A stretch of 62,261 nt of DNA, counting the filler, from Nemertoderma westbladi (lineage: Eukaryota > Animalia > Xenacoelomorpha), in NCBI GenBank assembly GCA_032718475.1. It is 3 parts of 3 records of this genome, joined end to end, with 100 filler letters (N's around TTAATTAATTAA, not from the genome) between each part and the next. Parts side by side here need not be neighbours in the genome. Positions count along the whole stretch, not along the records: positions 1 to 22,569 come from JAUCBJ010003891.1; 2 more parts are not named here. The stretch is one strand, 5' to 3'. The notes under the pieces are model-generated. The model searched no databases. It was not told the DNA's origin and saw only the letters and a program-made list of their open reading frames with translations. This document shows, piece by piece, positions 1 to 11,996 of this stretch (position 1 is its first letter; every line of letters begins with the position of its first letter). Both the position numbers and the translations under genes were made by a program.

Positions 1-141
1 GTTAGTTCAAAATACGGTGGTTTATCGTCAGGTTTGGTTACTACAGTACTAGCAGACTACAGGACTACAGGACCAGGCATGCCAGCTCCTTCGTTCTGTC
101 GTTCATTATCTAACAATTGACAGTGGTGCAGTTTCGGAGTG

Positions 142-2766
142 ATGGGTTCTTTAGTAAAGTCAAGTACGGGTAGTGACTCATTCCTAACGGAACTCAAGTC
201 GCGATTGACGGAAACGTCTGTCTGTCTTCCCACCAAACTGTTGGAGACCGCCATCCAGCTGCTCAAGGACTGGGTTGACACTCAGACGGTCTCCATCGAC
301 GCTTCGTGTACCCGACTCATAAACGAACCATTATGGTTCGCCTCTGCTCTCTACTGCTCGGTTACCGAATCTACCGACCACATAGTCAACCATATCCTCC
401 ACTCAACCGACACCAACATCCTCCATTGGTTGCACCACTTCCGTAACCTTAGGGACAGAAACCTTATAGAATCCGTGGCGACTAACCGGTTCAACCGATT
501 ACAACGACGTTTCTGTATCATCTCTGCCGTCTTCCATAAATACAGTAAACTAGTCAGACAGATATTCCGGGAACCCGTTCCGGTATCTCGGATTATATGG
601 GCGTTGTTCCTCGCAGCTGAGGGCTACACCGGCACCACAGCAGACCTGCTCACCGCGATATACGTGCTGCTATGTGCGTTGTCCCATGTGATGGCTTTCG
701 GGAGGAAACAATTCCCCGTAACTGACCCCTATGTAGCCATAGAAACGATGACTGACGATGAAGTATATCTCGGTCAGCTGGTCGACCAACTCAACTGCAG
801 TCTCAGTGAGACGTTAGCGACACGGCAATCCCATTGGCTTCCTTTAGTGCAGTCTGCCGGAATCAGCCAATCGGTTTGTGAGTTTGGCGAGGCTTTGTCG
901 TTAGTTGCTGGGAGACATCGTAGCCAATTGGATGAGATGGGGTTGGTGGATGGCGACTGGGTGCTACTTCCGCCGGAAGTAGAAGCCGGTAATGTACTGG
1001 TACCTCCCACTGGGCTGCTTAACTCTGGTGCCCCTCCGCTGCCCCACACACCCGCTACCGACGACCCTCCTACCACTACTACCGGTGGCCTTCCCACCCT
1101 CACCGCTGCCCCACCCACCCCTACTGGTGGCCCTCCCACCCTCACCGCTGCCCCACGCACCCCAACCGTTGCCCCTCCCACCCTCACCGCTGGCCCTCCC
1201 ACCCCTACCGACGCCCCTCCCACCCTCACCGCTTCCCCTCCCACCCTCACCGCTGCCCCTCTCACCCTCACCGGTGCCCCTCCCACCTCCACCGGCGACC
1301 CTCCTACCCCCGTCCGATCCACCATCACCCTAGTCCGCCATCTCCACCACCTACTCACCAGGGACTCCATCAACTTCCTCCACCCGACCCCCACCCTCCT
1401 CCGGTTCTTCCATCTCTGCGACACCGACCCCACGGACTCCATCGCCTCCCGACTCAACCTCCTCCAGTCCTCCCAAATCCTCCCCTCCTCCCGTTGGCCT
1501 CTCCTCCGCTCCCTCTACCACCATGTCCTCCAGTCGCTCCTCCTAGGAGAGGAGCTTCGACTCCGCTCCCACAACTTCTCCCAACTCCTCCATCACGATG
1601 CCTTCCATCGCGCACTCCTATCAGCCTCCCTGGAAGTCCTCCTCTACTCCTACGGTTCTTCCGACCTCTTTCCCGCCTCCATCGAACACTGCGGGGTCAA
1701 CGTCTACGATTTCTTCAAGGTCATCGAGGGTTTCCTCAAGGCGGAACCAGACCTCCATCGCGACGTGGCCAAACACCTCCAAGTGGTGGAAACCAAGATC
1801 CTGGAGGAGTTGGGATGGCGGGAGGACTCTGGGCTGCACGAGGCGTTGCGTTCCCTAGAGACAGCCAATCAGCGGGCGGAGAAGGCCCGGGGGGGTCCCT
1901 CCGTCTTTATGAACCGCGTGGAACGACTCGCGTTCCGCCGACTACAGATCCTCGGGGGTCTAGTCGACGTTACCGGAGAGACGTTGCGGAAGGTGTGGAC
2001 CTGCGTGCAGCACTGTCTCTCGGAGAAACACAGCACCTTGCTGCGCAACCGACACCTCGACCAGGTGCTTATGTGTTCGCTGTTTGCCATCTGCCTTGTC
2101 GCGGAGAGCGAGATTAAGTTCAAGACGCTGGTGGCCGCGTACCGTTCCGCGTTCCCCTTCACCCCCCAGTCCGTGGTCCGTTCCGTCTACATCGCCCCAG
2201 GTAAGTTCGACTCCATCATCGGTTTCTATAACTCGGTTTTCGTACAGGAAACTAAACCTTTCGTCCTCCAGTTCTCCCCCGGTTCCGCGCTACTCCGACA
2301 GCCGTTGCTCTCCCCCCTCCCCGTCGCCACCCCTGTGAAGCTCCGTAACAACGTCTACCTCTCGCCGCTCAAGGCCTCCCCGCGCGGTTGCCACGGCAAC
2401 ATGGCCTCGGTGAACCTGACCCCTCGCTCAGTCTACTGTCTGGGCGGCTCGAACGAGGCCTTCCAGGAGATCAATGCCCGTCTCAAACAGGCCGTGGGAG
2501 TCTCGAGAACCAGTAAACGGTTGAAGTTCGACACGGTGGTCGCCCCTAGTAACGGAGCGGTCGCCCCTAGTAACGGAGTGGTCGCCCCTAGTAACGGACT
2601 CGTCAGTCCCACCCTGGTCTCGTGGAGCTCCGAGAACTCAAACGATACGTTCTGTTCCAGTTTGAGCGCTGAGTCGGACAGTTCAGACGGCCTTCGCTTA
2701 TTGGCCGAGCAGGCGGCCAGTCTGCCAATGGCGGACACCCCCCGGGCCTGGTCCGACACTCCGTAG
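142..2766 (+). CDS. RB1-like: Retinoblastoma-family pocket protein (RB1-like), single uninterrupted ORF
   Basis: Pocket A (LYHHVLQSLLLGEE...DAFHRALLSASLEVLLYSY...YDFFKVIEGF...KHLQVVETKILEELGW) and pocket B (RNRHLDQVLMCSLFAIC...SIIGFYNSVF) are recognisable. RB1-like C-terminal motifs NVYLSPLK and KRLKFD. The ORF track starts at GTG 139; the first ATG is 142. AATAAA at 2800-2805. Orthology to RB1 versus RBL1/2 is inferred from C-terminal motifs only. Confidence 0.93.
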   Translation: MGSLVKSSTGSDSFLTELKSRLTETSVCLPTKLLETAIQLLKDWVDTQTVSIDASCTRLINEPLWFASALYCSVTESTDHIVNHILHSTDTNILHWLHHFRNLRDRNLIESVATNRFNRLQRRFCIISAVFHKYSKLVRQIFREPVPVSRIIWALFLAAEGYTGTTADLLTAIYVLLCALSHVMAFGRKQFPVTDPYVAIETMTDDEVYLGQLVDQLNCSLSETLATRQSHWLPLVQSAGISQSVCEFGEALSLVAGRHRSQLDEMGLVDGDWVLLPPEVEAGNVLVPPTGLLNSGAPPLPHTPATDDPPTTTTGGLPTLTAAPPTPTGGPPTLTAAPRTPTVAPPTLTAGPPTPTDAPPTLTASPPTLTAAPLTLTGAPPTSTGDPPTPVRSTITLVRHLHHLLTRDSINFLHPTPTLLRFFHLCDTDPTDSIASRLNLLQSSQILPSSRWPLLRSLYHHVLQSLLLGEELRLRSHNFSQLLHHDAFHRALLSASLEVLLYSYGSSDLFPASIEHCGVNVYDFFKVIEGFLKAEPDLHRDVAKHLQVVETKILEELGWREDSGLHEALRSLETANQRAEKARGGPSVFMNRVERLAFRRLQILGGLVDVTGETLRKVWTCVQHCLSEKHSTLLRNRHLDQVLMCSLFAICLVAESEIKFKTLVAAYRSAFPFTPQSVVRSVYIAPGKFDSIIGFYNSVFVQETKPFVLQFSPGSALLRQPLLSPLPVATPVKLRNNVYLSPLKASPRGCHGNMASVNLTPRSVYCLGGSNEAFQEINARLKQAVGVSRTSKRLKFDTVVAPSNGAVAPSNGVVAPSNGLVSPTLVSWSSENSNDTFCSSLSAESDSSDGLRLLAEQAASLPMADTPRAWSDTP
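1040..1320 (+). repeat. In-frame 21-bp C-rich coding minisatellite (PPTLTAA/PPTPTGG units) inside the RB gene
   Basis: Repeated cctcccaccctcaccgctgcc-type units; about 12 degenerate copies. Confidence 0.85.
2536..2602 (+). repeat. Three in-frame 21-bp repeats (VAPSNG[A/V/L]) in the RB C-terminal tail
   Basis: gtcgcccctagtaacgga repeated three times. Confidence 0.85.
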
Positions 2767-3046
2767 GACCTTCAATAAGCCATGGCTATCTTTATTGGCA
2801 ATAAATTACTTTATGTCCCGCCTTAATGTACCAATACTTGTGCCCATATCGCAATATCGTCGTTTTAAGTCACAATTTGTTACGTTGCGTTTTATTTACG
2901 TTTAGTTCAGTTTATCATATTATTAGGTTCATTTATTTGTATAAATTCGTTGTTGGAACAATTTGTTTGTTTTTCTCTATTAATTACTAAGACTAGAATC
3001 AGCTACTTCATCTCCGTATCAGCGTTATTTTTAAACTGTTAGTTCG

Positions 3047-3764
3047 TGTGTTCTAGAGCTTCGAAGTGTTCTAGAGCTTCGAAATGTTCTAGAGCTTCGA
3101 AGTGTTCTAGAGCTTCGAATTGTTCTAGAGCTTCGAAGTGTTCTACTAGAGCTTCGAAGTGTTCTAGAGCTTCAAAGTGTTCTAGAGCTTCGAAGTGTGC
3201 TAGAGCTTCAAAGTGTTCTAGAGCTTCGAAGTGTGCTAGAGCTTCGAAGTGTTCTAGAGTTTCGAAGTGTTCTAGATCTTTGAAGTGTTCTACTAGAGCT
3301 TCGAAGTGTTCTAGAGCTTCGAAGTGTTCTAGAGCTTCGAAGTGTGCTAGAGCTTCAAAGTGTTCTAGAGCTTCGAAGTGTGCTAGAGCTTCAAAGTGTT
3401 CTAGAGCTTCGAAGTGTGCTAGAGCTTCGAAGTGTTCTAGAGTTTCGAAGTGTTCTAGATCTTTGAAGTGTTCTACTAGAGCTTCGAAGTGTTCTAGAGC
3501 TTCGAAGTGTTCTAGAGCTTCGAATTGTTCTAGAGCTTCGAAGTGTTCTACTAGAGCTTCGAAGTGTTCTAGAGCTTCGAAGTGTTCTAGAGCTTCGATG
3601 TGTTCTAGAGCTTCGAAGTGTTCTACTAGAGCTTCGAAGTGTTCTAGAGCTTCGAAGTGTTCTATAGCTTCGAAGTGTTCTAGAGCTTCGAAGTGTTCTA
3701 GAGCTTCGAAGTGTTCTGGAGCTTCGAAGTGTTCTAGAGCTTCGAAGTGTTCTATAGCTTCGAA
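3047..3764. repeat. 18-bp minisatellite (TGTTCTAGAGCTTCGAAG)n, about 39 copies
   Basis: Direct reading. The CSRASK ORF is a by-product of the repeat. Variant blocks (gtttcgaag/atctttgaag/ctactaga) recur. Confidence 0.95.
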
Positions 3765-4630
3765 AAGATTAATAACATAAAATGTATTAATTGCACTGCT
3801 CGTATCAATAATAATAATATGAATTTTTTATGTGTTATTTCTATTATGTTCCGTAGCATTTTACCGTTTTAACTGTCGTTTATTTATTGTTCTTTCATCG
3901 ATATTGGCGCGCGAAGATAACATATCTCATCTCAATCAATTAACATGTATTATAGGAATTTGTTGTCCAGTACAAAATATAGCAACAACCAACAACATAT
4001 AAAATATTTAATTTTTTATTCATCCATTCATCATCTCATCCGGGTTACGCCCCGGCGGCTATATTAGTAAGATGGTCTGGCCGATAAGTAAAATCAAGTG
4101 AATACAGTTGCATTCAAATTGACAATATTAAGTAAGACACTAACTGTACTGTACTGTACCTACATATACATAGAGCGCGGCCCCCAACAACCACCCCGCC
4201 CCACATTTTATTCTACAATCCATTATCATATTGCTTAAAATTTGAAACAATTGTATATTGTACATTATGTCGATGTCAGATAGAAATATTGTGTTCCAAG
4301 GATTGCAAATACATAAAGATGCCTGACTTCAGTTGAGAAATAAATTAGATATGGGCATTCAATTCAAACAACATTCTGGAACTTGTTATTCATTCATCTC
4401 CAGTCGAACTTCTCATCCCCAAAGTTCGCACAACCATTCTGTACGGATTGAGATAAATCTGGCCATTCCTTTCAGTTGCCAACCTTATCGCCGTTGACTG
4501 AATTAAATCTTCCTTCTTAAAAAGGGTCATTGATGCCCCCAATAACCGACAGGCCTTGGACCTCAGTACTGAACCCACCCAGTCACGCCCGGACTAGATA
4601 CTCCATTCACGGCTACCACCATCTGTAATT

Positions 4631-4866
4631 GTGGGGCGAGCCACGAAGTGAGTGAGCCTTAGCGTAGTGGTACCATTAATCAACCTGTCGTTCTGTCGTT
4701 CTGTCGTGTTCAATTTTAAACGTTAATAACTCGGCCAATCTTTGATGAAATCTATCCAAACTTGGTACACATGTTGTTTGGCAAAAGTTTAGAAATTTTC
4801 CAAGTAGAATTTCCGTGTGGCCTTCGAGAAGCTAAGATAATAGCAGTTAATTAGTTAATTAAGTTG
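4631..4866 (+). mobile_element. Dispersed repeat resembling a non-autonomous Helentron/DINE-1-like element, copy 1
   Basis: gtggggcgagccacgaa...ctgtcgttctgtcgtt...aacttggtacacatg...ccttcgagaagctaagataatagc matches 44219-44477. It has an internal (CTGT)-type microsatellite. The class assignment is inference. Confidence 0.55.
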
Positions 4867-5109
4867 ATTGCGGTGAAAACGCCATTTTCAACCTGCCTTT
4901 TAAAGGAAATTAATTGTTTTACAGTATAAGATTTAAATAATTATACTTAAAAATTATACAGATATAATCCCCATACGCCATTCTATTATAGTTTTTAATT
5001 AGTTTAAGTGATTTGCTTTAATAAATGTGTCTTTAATTGATCTAAACGTAATTAAACCGCACAATTATTGAGTACAAATTTAATCCTTCCCATTATTGGT
5101 CAAGTCTCT

Positions 5110-6175
5110 GCTGGTGTGGAGCTAGCTGCTGGGAGTTGTGGCTGTAGACTGAGAGGAATTGTAATAGAGGCAACCAGTATTGCTATTCCAGCCCAATCAC
5201 TGAATTGTGTTTATTATAGGCTGGACGGGCCGCATAACCGTTCGACTATTACTACTATTGCTATCTCAGTTAAATGACAGATATAATAACATAAATACAA
5301 TCCATGGCATGGCTGTTGTAGGCTTCTGAAATAGTTTATTCCACAATGTATATGTCTGGTTATTTTTTAATTGAATTTTTGCAAAGTAGTAAAATTAATG
5401 TTCTTAAAAATAATATTATTATTTTATATGTAACCTAGGAAATTAGCTACATTTTTTCGCTGCAGCTTTAAGAGTGTACATTGATTTAATATTATTTCAA
5501 TACCCATATTACTACATCGGCATAAGATGCGTTGGCGTTGTATCACACATCTCCACATATCACACATCTCCACATAGATGTATCAACAGTTACTCGCACA
5601 GTTTCGAAACTTCGCATAGTTATAACTGTATAAAGATCGTCAGTCTGCGTTTAGGAAAAATATTTTATGACAAAACAGGACAAGCGACGAGCGCAACGAG
5701 GCATATAATGAAGACGAGTACTGCGTTGACTAAATTATTATATAAACCACCTGGCTTCACATATTGATCGCATCCCTAGTTATTATTATTATAAAGATCG
5801 TCCTAGCTTGCGTTTAAGAAATATATTTAAATACAAAACAGGACGAACGCAAAGAGGCTTATAATGAAAACGAGTACTGCGTTTATTATATTCCTATAAA
5901 CCACCTGGCTTTGCATATTTAACGTGCGATTGGAAATAAGTTCGTGCTACCCTTCCGTGGGCGGTAGATGTCGCGGTTATGTATTGGTGGTTGGGAAGGG
6001 TGGGGGGGGGGGGGGGGGAGATTAAAACGGGTGAACACGTACTGTCCACCTTTCTTTGATTGATTGGTGGTGTGGGTATATTTCTCAAAACCTGATTTTG
6101 TGATACAGTCGCTGCATTTGAATTTGTATATAATAACTAGGCCTCGTGCTGCGCGAAGTCCCCACGAACGTGTCG
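5110..6175 (+). repeat. Dispersed ~1-kb repeat, copy 1 (copy 2 at ~60775-61765)
   Basis: Long near-identical stretches, e.g. tgtctggttattttttaattgaatttttgcaaagtagtaaaattaatgttctt...tcacacatctccacatagatg, plus a shared poly-G tract. Confidence 0.85.
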
Positions 6176-7389
6176 TAGTTGTCAACATCATATAACCATC
6201 TGTAATGCTTCACCACGAACCACGGGAGACTTGCACTTGCCCTCTGTGCCTTCAACCCTAAACACGTTATCACATTCTGAAGTGCCCGATTAAACATATA
6301 TCGCAATGCCAGTGATCCAAGGCCCATGTTCCTCTCCACCCCAATTAAACTGCCCCCTGATATTCTGTTATTACTATTATTATTTATCTCATGAATAGCT
6401 CGGCAAAAACCGTTTTCCTATTCATTATCAATATTGTTTAGCTACCCACACATAAACGTTGTCTATTTGTTAAATAAAATATTTGGCCTCCAGCGAACAA
6501 TAATTCTTACAATATTTGAATGCCCATATCTTAACTAAAAGTTGTTGTACGAAATACACACATTGTGACGTAACTGGAGTCCTTACCACGCAAAGTGTCT
6601 TAATGAAAAAGTGCGGTTAATGTAAACAATGGGCCCAATGCGCTTGTTAGAAAAATATTTCAAGGCAAAATCTCAATTTAACGATTTGATTGCTTATTGA
6701 CAGGCTGTATTCGGCAGTTACGTTACGTACGTGTGGTTGGTGTATTGTATGGTGGTGTCTATATTAATAATATAATGATATTTACATACATTTTACCTTA
6801 ATCATTATCAGTTAGTCTTATTGTCAACAATTGTAAGTTTCGTGCATGTTGTTTTATATAAATTTGCATATAATATAATAAATAATAATATAATTAAATA
6901 TAGTATAAGTCCGATTTAATGATAAATAATAAGATAATATTATTCAATTTGTTGAAATTTTTAATTGTTACCTATTAATTTTAACGAAACCATCTTGTAG
7001 TACCTATTCTAGAAGAAATCCTTATAAAATCCTTATTCGATTTGTTAGACTCCTATAGTGGGCTAAGAGACTCATAAGTCGCATAAAACCTTCTCAGTGG
7101 TCACATAAAAAATTATGTTATTAAACTTTCTTAATAAATAGATGTTATTATATTATCGAGGAAATTCAGATATAAAGACGACAACAACAACCTGTATCGT
7201 TATTTTTACATAAAAAATGTTTTTTTATAAAAAAATGTTCTGATATGAATTTACTCTTTAATAACTATAATTGATTTGGTATTTGAATTTTGCCAAGCCG
7301 TAAAGTTTTATCAGCTATTTATGTAATTATTATACAACATAATGTACTGGGTCATTCATTATTCATTAACTAATCAATTGAATTGTGTG

Positions 7390-8752
7390 TACTCAACTAT
7401 TTAATACTCAACTATTTAATACTCAACTATTTAATACTCAACTATTTAATACTCAACTATTTAATACTCAACTATTTAATACTCAACTATTTAATACTCA
7501 ACTATTTAATACTCAACTATTTAATACTCAACTATTTAATACTCAACTATTTAATACTCAACTATTTAATACTCAACTATTTAATACTCAACTATTTAAT
7601 ACTCAACTATTTAATACTCAACTATTTAATACTCAACTATTTAATACTCAACTATTTAATACTCAACTATTTAATACTCAACTATTTAATACTCAACTAT
7701 TTAATACTCAACTATTTAATACTCAACTATTTAATACTCAACTATTTAATACTCAACTATTTAATACTCAACTATTTAATACTCAACTATTTAATACTCA
7801 ACTATTTAATACTCAACTATTTAATACTCAACTATTTAATACTCAACTATTTAATACTCAACTATTTAATACTCAACTATTTAATACTCAACTATTTAAT
7901 ACTCAACTATTTAATACTCAACTATTTAATACTCAACTATTTAATACTCAACTATTTAATACTCAACTATTTAATACTCAACTATTTAATACTCAACTAT
8001 TTAATACTCAACTATTTAATACTCAACTATTTAATACTCAACTATTTAATACTCAACTATTTAATACTCAACTATTTAATACTCAACTATTTAATACTCA
8101 ACTATTTAATACTCAACTATTTAATACTCAACTATTCAACTATTTAATACTCAACTATTTAATACTCAACTATTTAATACTCAACTATTTAATACTCAAC
8201 TATTTAATACTCAACTATTTAATACTCAACTATTTAATACTCAACCATTTAATACTCAACTATTTAATACTCAACTATTTAATACTCAACTATTTAATAC
8301 TCAACTATTTAATACTCAACTATTTAATACTCAACTATTTAATACTCAACTATTTAATACTCAACTATTTAATTCTCAACTATTTAATACTCAACTATTT
8401 AATACTCAACTATTTAATACTCAACTATTTAATACTCAACTATTTAATACTCAACTATTTAATACTCAACTATTTAATACTCAACTATTTAATACTCAAC
8501 TATTTAATACTCAACTATTTAATACTCAACTATTTAATACTCAACTATTTAATACTCAACTATTTAATACTCAACTATTTAATACTCAACTATTTAATAC
8601 TCAACTATTTAATACTCAACTATTTAATACTCAACTATTTAATACTCAACTATTTAATACTCAACTATTTAATACTCAACCATTTAATACTCAACCATTT
8701 AATACTCAACTATTTATACTCAACTATTTAATACTCAACCATTTAATACTCA
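7390..8752. repeat. 15-bp satellite (ACTCAACTATTTAAT)n, about 90 nearly perfect copies
   Basis: Direct reading. The YLILN/TQLFN ORFs are repeat artefacts. Confidence 0.97.
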
Positions 8753-9531
8753 TTAAGCAGTTTAGGTAATTCTTAGCCATACTTAATATTTACCAAGCTG
8801 ATAGATTCAGTGCGTTGTTTCCATTTATTGCCAATTTAGTGTTTTTGTTTCAATTTGGTTAAATTTTAATTTACTTTTAGTTAGTACTGTCAATTTATTG
8901 TTAAGTGCATTTCCTGTTCATTTTTGAGTACATCTTTCTTAAGTAATTTGGAATTTTACTCCTGTGCATTGTAATTTGTAATCTATAACTTTGTAATTAA
9001 TTATTGTTTATAATTTGGATAATCGATTTATTGATCCTGGATTTTTTTTTTCTTGTTATCATTGAACAGCTGTTTTGTACTCCTACAAAACAATTCTGCG
9101 ATGGCATAAATACTGAAGCTAAACATGTATTATTTTTACTTACTTTCGTAAATATATCCACAAATTTTAGGTATTAAATTTTCTATCATCGAACAAATTG
9201 ACGCCATTAATTAATTTGTGTTAACTAGAAAAGGGGAACCCCTTCAACTGTTCGTCCGTGACAACAGAGACAATGACTTACGGAGTTCTCGTCTTAGGAA
9301 ATGTGACTTTTTACAAGTTCCAAATCTGTAAAGAAACCCAAAAGTCTGCATATTTAATGCATTCGTTGAGACACACAGACCACTATGTAACATTGCTTTG
9401 AATCGAAGTCTCCATTTATTATATTACTAAATACACAATATTCTAGAACCAGAACTTCTTATTTATTAAACCAGCTACGCAATGGACATCAACAAGGTGC
9501 TACTCATAATAGTGTAAATATTCTCGCAAGT

Positions 9532-9619
9532 TTAAATGTTCAAGAATGCACACGAGTACGGATAAGTGGGAAAATATCCCAAAAGTCCAACGCAGGCAGA
9601 ATGTGTGTGAAACGTGAAA
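9532..9619 (-). CDS. Putative terminal exon of an orphan Cys-rich secreted-type protein (FTFHTHSACVGLLGYFPTYPYSCAFLNI*)
   Basis: Acceptor actgttag| at 9620. Its phase matches the 11731-11779 exon (CC+T = Pro). Stop TAA at 9532-9534. Confidence 0.5.
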
Positions 9620-10574
9620 CTAACAGTAATTGTTAAATTAAATTATTTTTCATTGATTACAATATTATTTTAACTATTTATTGCATATAAATAAAATCAA
9701 GAATAATTTTAGTTTGCATTGTTAACTTTATTTAATAAGGAGACAGATTAATAGTGACAAAATATGTTCCATATAATACGCGATTTTATTTGTAAATAAA
9801 GTACTTTTTGTTACGTGAATATTTAATATAAAATACAAACTACTGTATGTATTGTGATATAATTTTAACTGCAATATATTGTTTCCATCGTTACTGCGAT
9901 TAAAATTGTTGTACCCTCCAACTCCTGTGCAGGCAGCACAGGATGTTAAAGGACTATTACCCCGAACGAAAATGAAATTTTCTAAAATCTGCTAAATTTT
10001 CAAAAAATATTTTTCATCTATTATAGAAGGGCGATAGAAGGGCTTTCATATGGTGACATCGGTTTTCACGATCGAATTATTTTTTTTGTAATTTTTCGCC
10101 TGGAAAGTGAAATCAATGCCTTTTTGTATATTTTTATAACCATTTATTATTTATAACCTCACCCCACTGAACGATTGGAAATATAAAGTTAACAAGGCAA
10201 AATGTAAATTGGTTAGAATCACTATAATTACGTCACGCAATTAAGTTATTTTTTTATTAATTAAATTAAATTATGGTATTAAATTTAAACAGTTTCGTCA
10301 TCCATACAAGTCTCTTCTATGAATTCCTCTTCACTGCTTTCGTTACTACGACTACAACCAATCGGTGTTGTTGGTGTTAGCACTATGTGGGCATAGCTAG
10401 TGCGACGGTTAGTGGCCCCCACTCCGCTCCATTGGGTTGAAGTACTTGACCTAAATAAATAATGTCGTCGTAATTTTTCTTATTTCCTGTGCTTGTGCTT
10501 ATTTCCGGTAGGTTTATATTTTGCTAATTATTTAACCTAATTAGTGGATAATAAAGAAACAATATGGTTGGTGG

Positions 10575-11253
10575 GGGTGTTTGAAAAGGGTGGACCTAAT
10601 TCCCTAAATTATTCCTTAAAACCCTAATTCAAAGTGGAAATGGAAACCCAAAACCTTAATTAAAACTGTCATGTAACATTAAATATTTTGGGTCCTAAAT
10701 TCCATAAAATGTCTTAGATTAGAGCAACGGGACTTTAAGGTTATAGGGTTACTAATGACAGTTTTAATTAGGGTTTGGGCCTGACCAACTAACCCAACCA
10801 GAAAAATAAACCAATAAATCCAAGTTCAAGTGCTGTACGGTACGCTAGACCTACTATTATTATACTGTAAGTCTATAGGAGGACAATCCGCGCGGGGGGG
10901 GGGGGGGGGGGGGGGGGTTAATACGCCTAGGACACCGGCAGCATTCTTAATATCCAGCATATCCATTATAGATAGATAATTGAAAGTTGAAAAAGGTGGA
11001 CAGTCCAATCACTAATAAATAGCATTGCATTAATACGTTTCTGATTGGTCAGACTATATCTAATGTTTTTTGTGCATGTGTTCAGTCCACCTTTTTCAAA
11101 CACACATCTTATTCCCAATTATGTAACTAAGAAAACGAAAACTTGAAAAAGGTGGACAGACCAATTGTTACAAACTGCTTTGCATAATACGTTTCTGATT
11201 GGTCTGTCCGTTGTCCATGTTTTCTGTGACCAGTCCACCTTTTTCAAACACCC
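10575..11253. mobile_element. Mutator-like (MULE) MITE, 679 bp, with 21-bp TIRs and a 9-bp TSD
   Basis: TIRs gggtgtttgaaaagggtggac (10575-10595) and gtccacctttttcaaacaccc (11233-11253), 1 mismatch. TSD ggttggtgg at 10566-10574 and 11254-11262. Extra internal TIR-like copies near 10987, 11085 and 11143. Confidence 0.85.
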
Positions 11254-11730
11254 GGTTGGTGGTTGGTTCGCCAAAAAATATTTTGGCTACTGGCGGGCTT
11301 TTTATTTATTGAACGCGAAGAAATCACAGTAGTTGACGGTTGAACTTTTGCTCGGAAAGCAAATTTATAAAATCTTCCGACGTTATTGTCTGTTTAAGAA
11401 TTAATTTATCAGTATATTGCCTCATGCGGATTGTGTTATTCAATTATGTTGGTGTGCGAAAAAATTATTTGGTTAGAAATGTTTTAGCGGAAATAAGGTG
11501 GGCTGAATCGTAGGTGGGCTGCGCTTTTTGTAAAAACACGAGGAAAGGTCCGTTTTTTAATTGTTTCTAGCTCATCAATATTAATGGATTTCGTTTAGTT
11601 CTGATGAAATTATGTGGGGAATGGGTGAGGTTTCTTCTTACTCCTGTGCAGTGGCAAGTTGACAAGAAAGTAAAAACTCTAGAACGTAATCGGCGTAAGA
11701 AACCAAAAACATCTGAAACGAGGCACTTAC

Positions 11731-11779
11731 GGCTGCTCGCAATATTTCAATATACATTCATCGGAACAGGTCTGGTCAC
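11731..11779 (-). CDS. Putative 49-bp internal exon (DQTCSDECILKYCEQP)
   Basis: Bounded by ttgttag| and |gtaagt on the minus strand. Only one frame is open. Confidence 0.55.
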
Positions 11780-11996
11780 CTAACAATATAAGTTTTATGA
11801 ATTGAATTAACTTTAGTGTCAAAAGATTTTCAGTTTCAAATGATACAAAGATAAACAACGTTGAAATTATTTCGGATTAATGTATTTGAATGGATTGTAG
11901 GTTATAGCATTAGCAACAACTGTAATTTCAAACAGCTAAATCTTAAGCAGCCAGAATGTCGGCAGATTTTAATGATTTGGTGCAACTGGAACTAAC

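Noticed and set aside
774-2117. Overlapping Gly/Val- or Pro-rich ORFs within RB
   Set aside because: Shadow frames of a C-rich coding sequence.
3046-3780. 244-aa Cys-rich CSRASK protein (metallothionein-like)
   Set aside because: It is the translation of an 18-bp tandem repeat with a non-ATG start and no other coding evidence.
4390-4578. 62-aa minus-strand ORF
   Set aside because: No recognisable motif; possibly a retroelement scrap, but unsupported.
5585-5650. Minus-strand CTGACGA...GAAAC...GTA hammerhead-like pattern (also near 61235-61295)
   Set aside because: Stem II is irregular, and stem I pairing is weak and not conserved between the two copies; probably chance.
7383-8731. YLILN/TQLFN ORFs
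   Set aside because: Artefacts of a 15-bp satellite.
9946-11640. Kolobok-like element starting TTAA-AGG with a decayed THAP start (MVGG...) split by the MITE
   Set aside because: No matching second TIR was found and the protein similarity is too weak to support.
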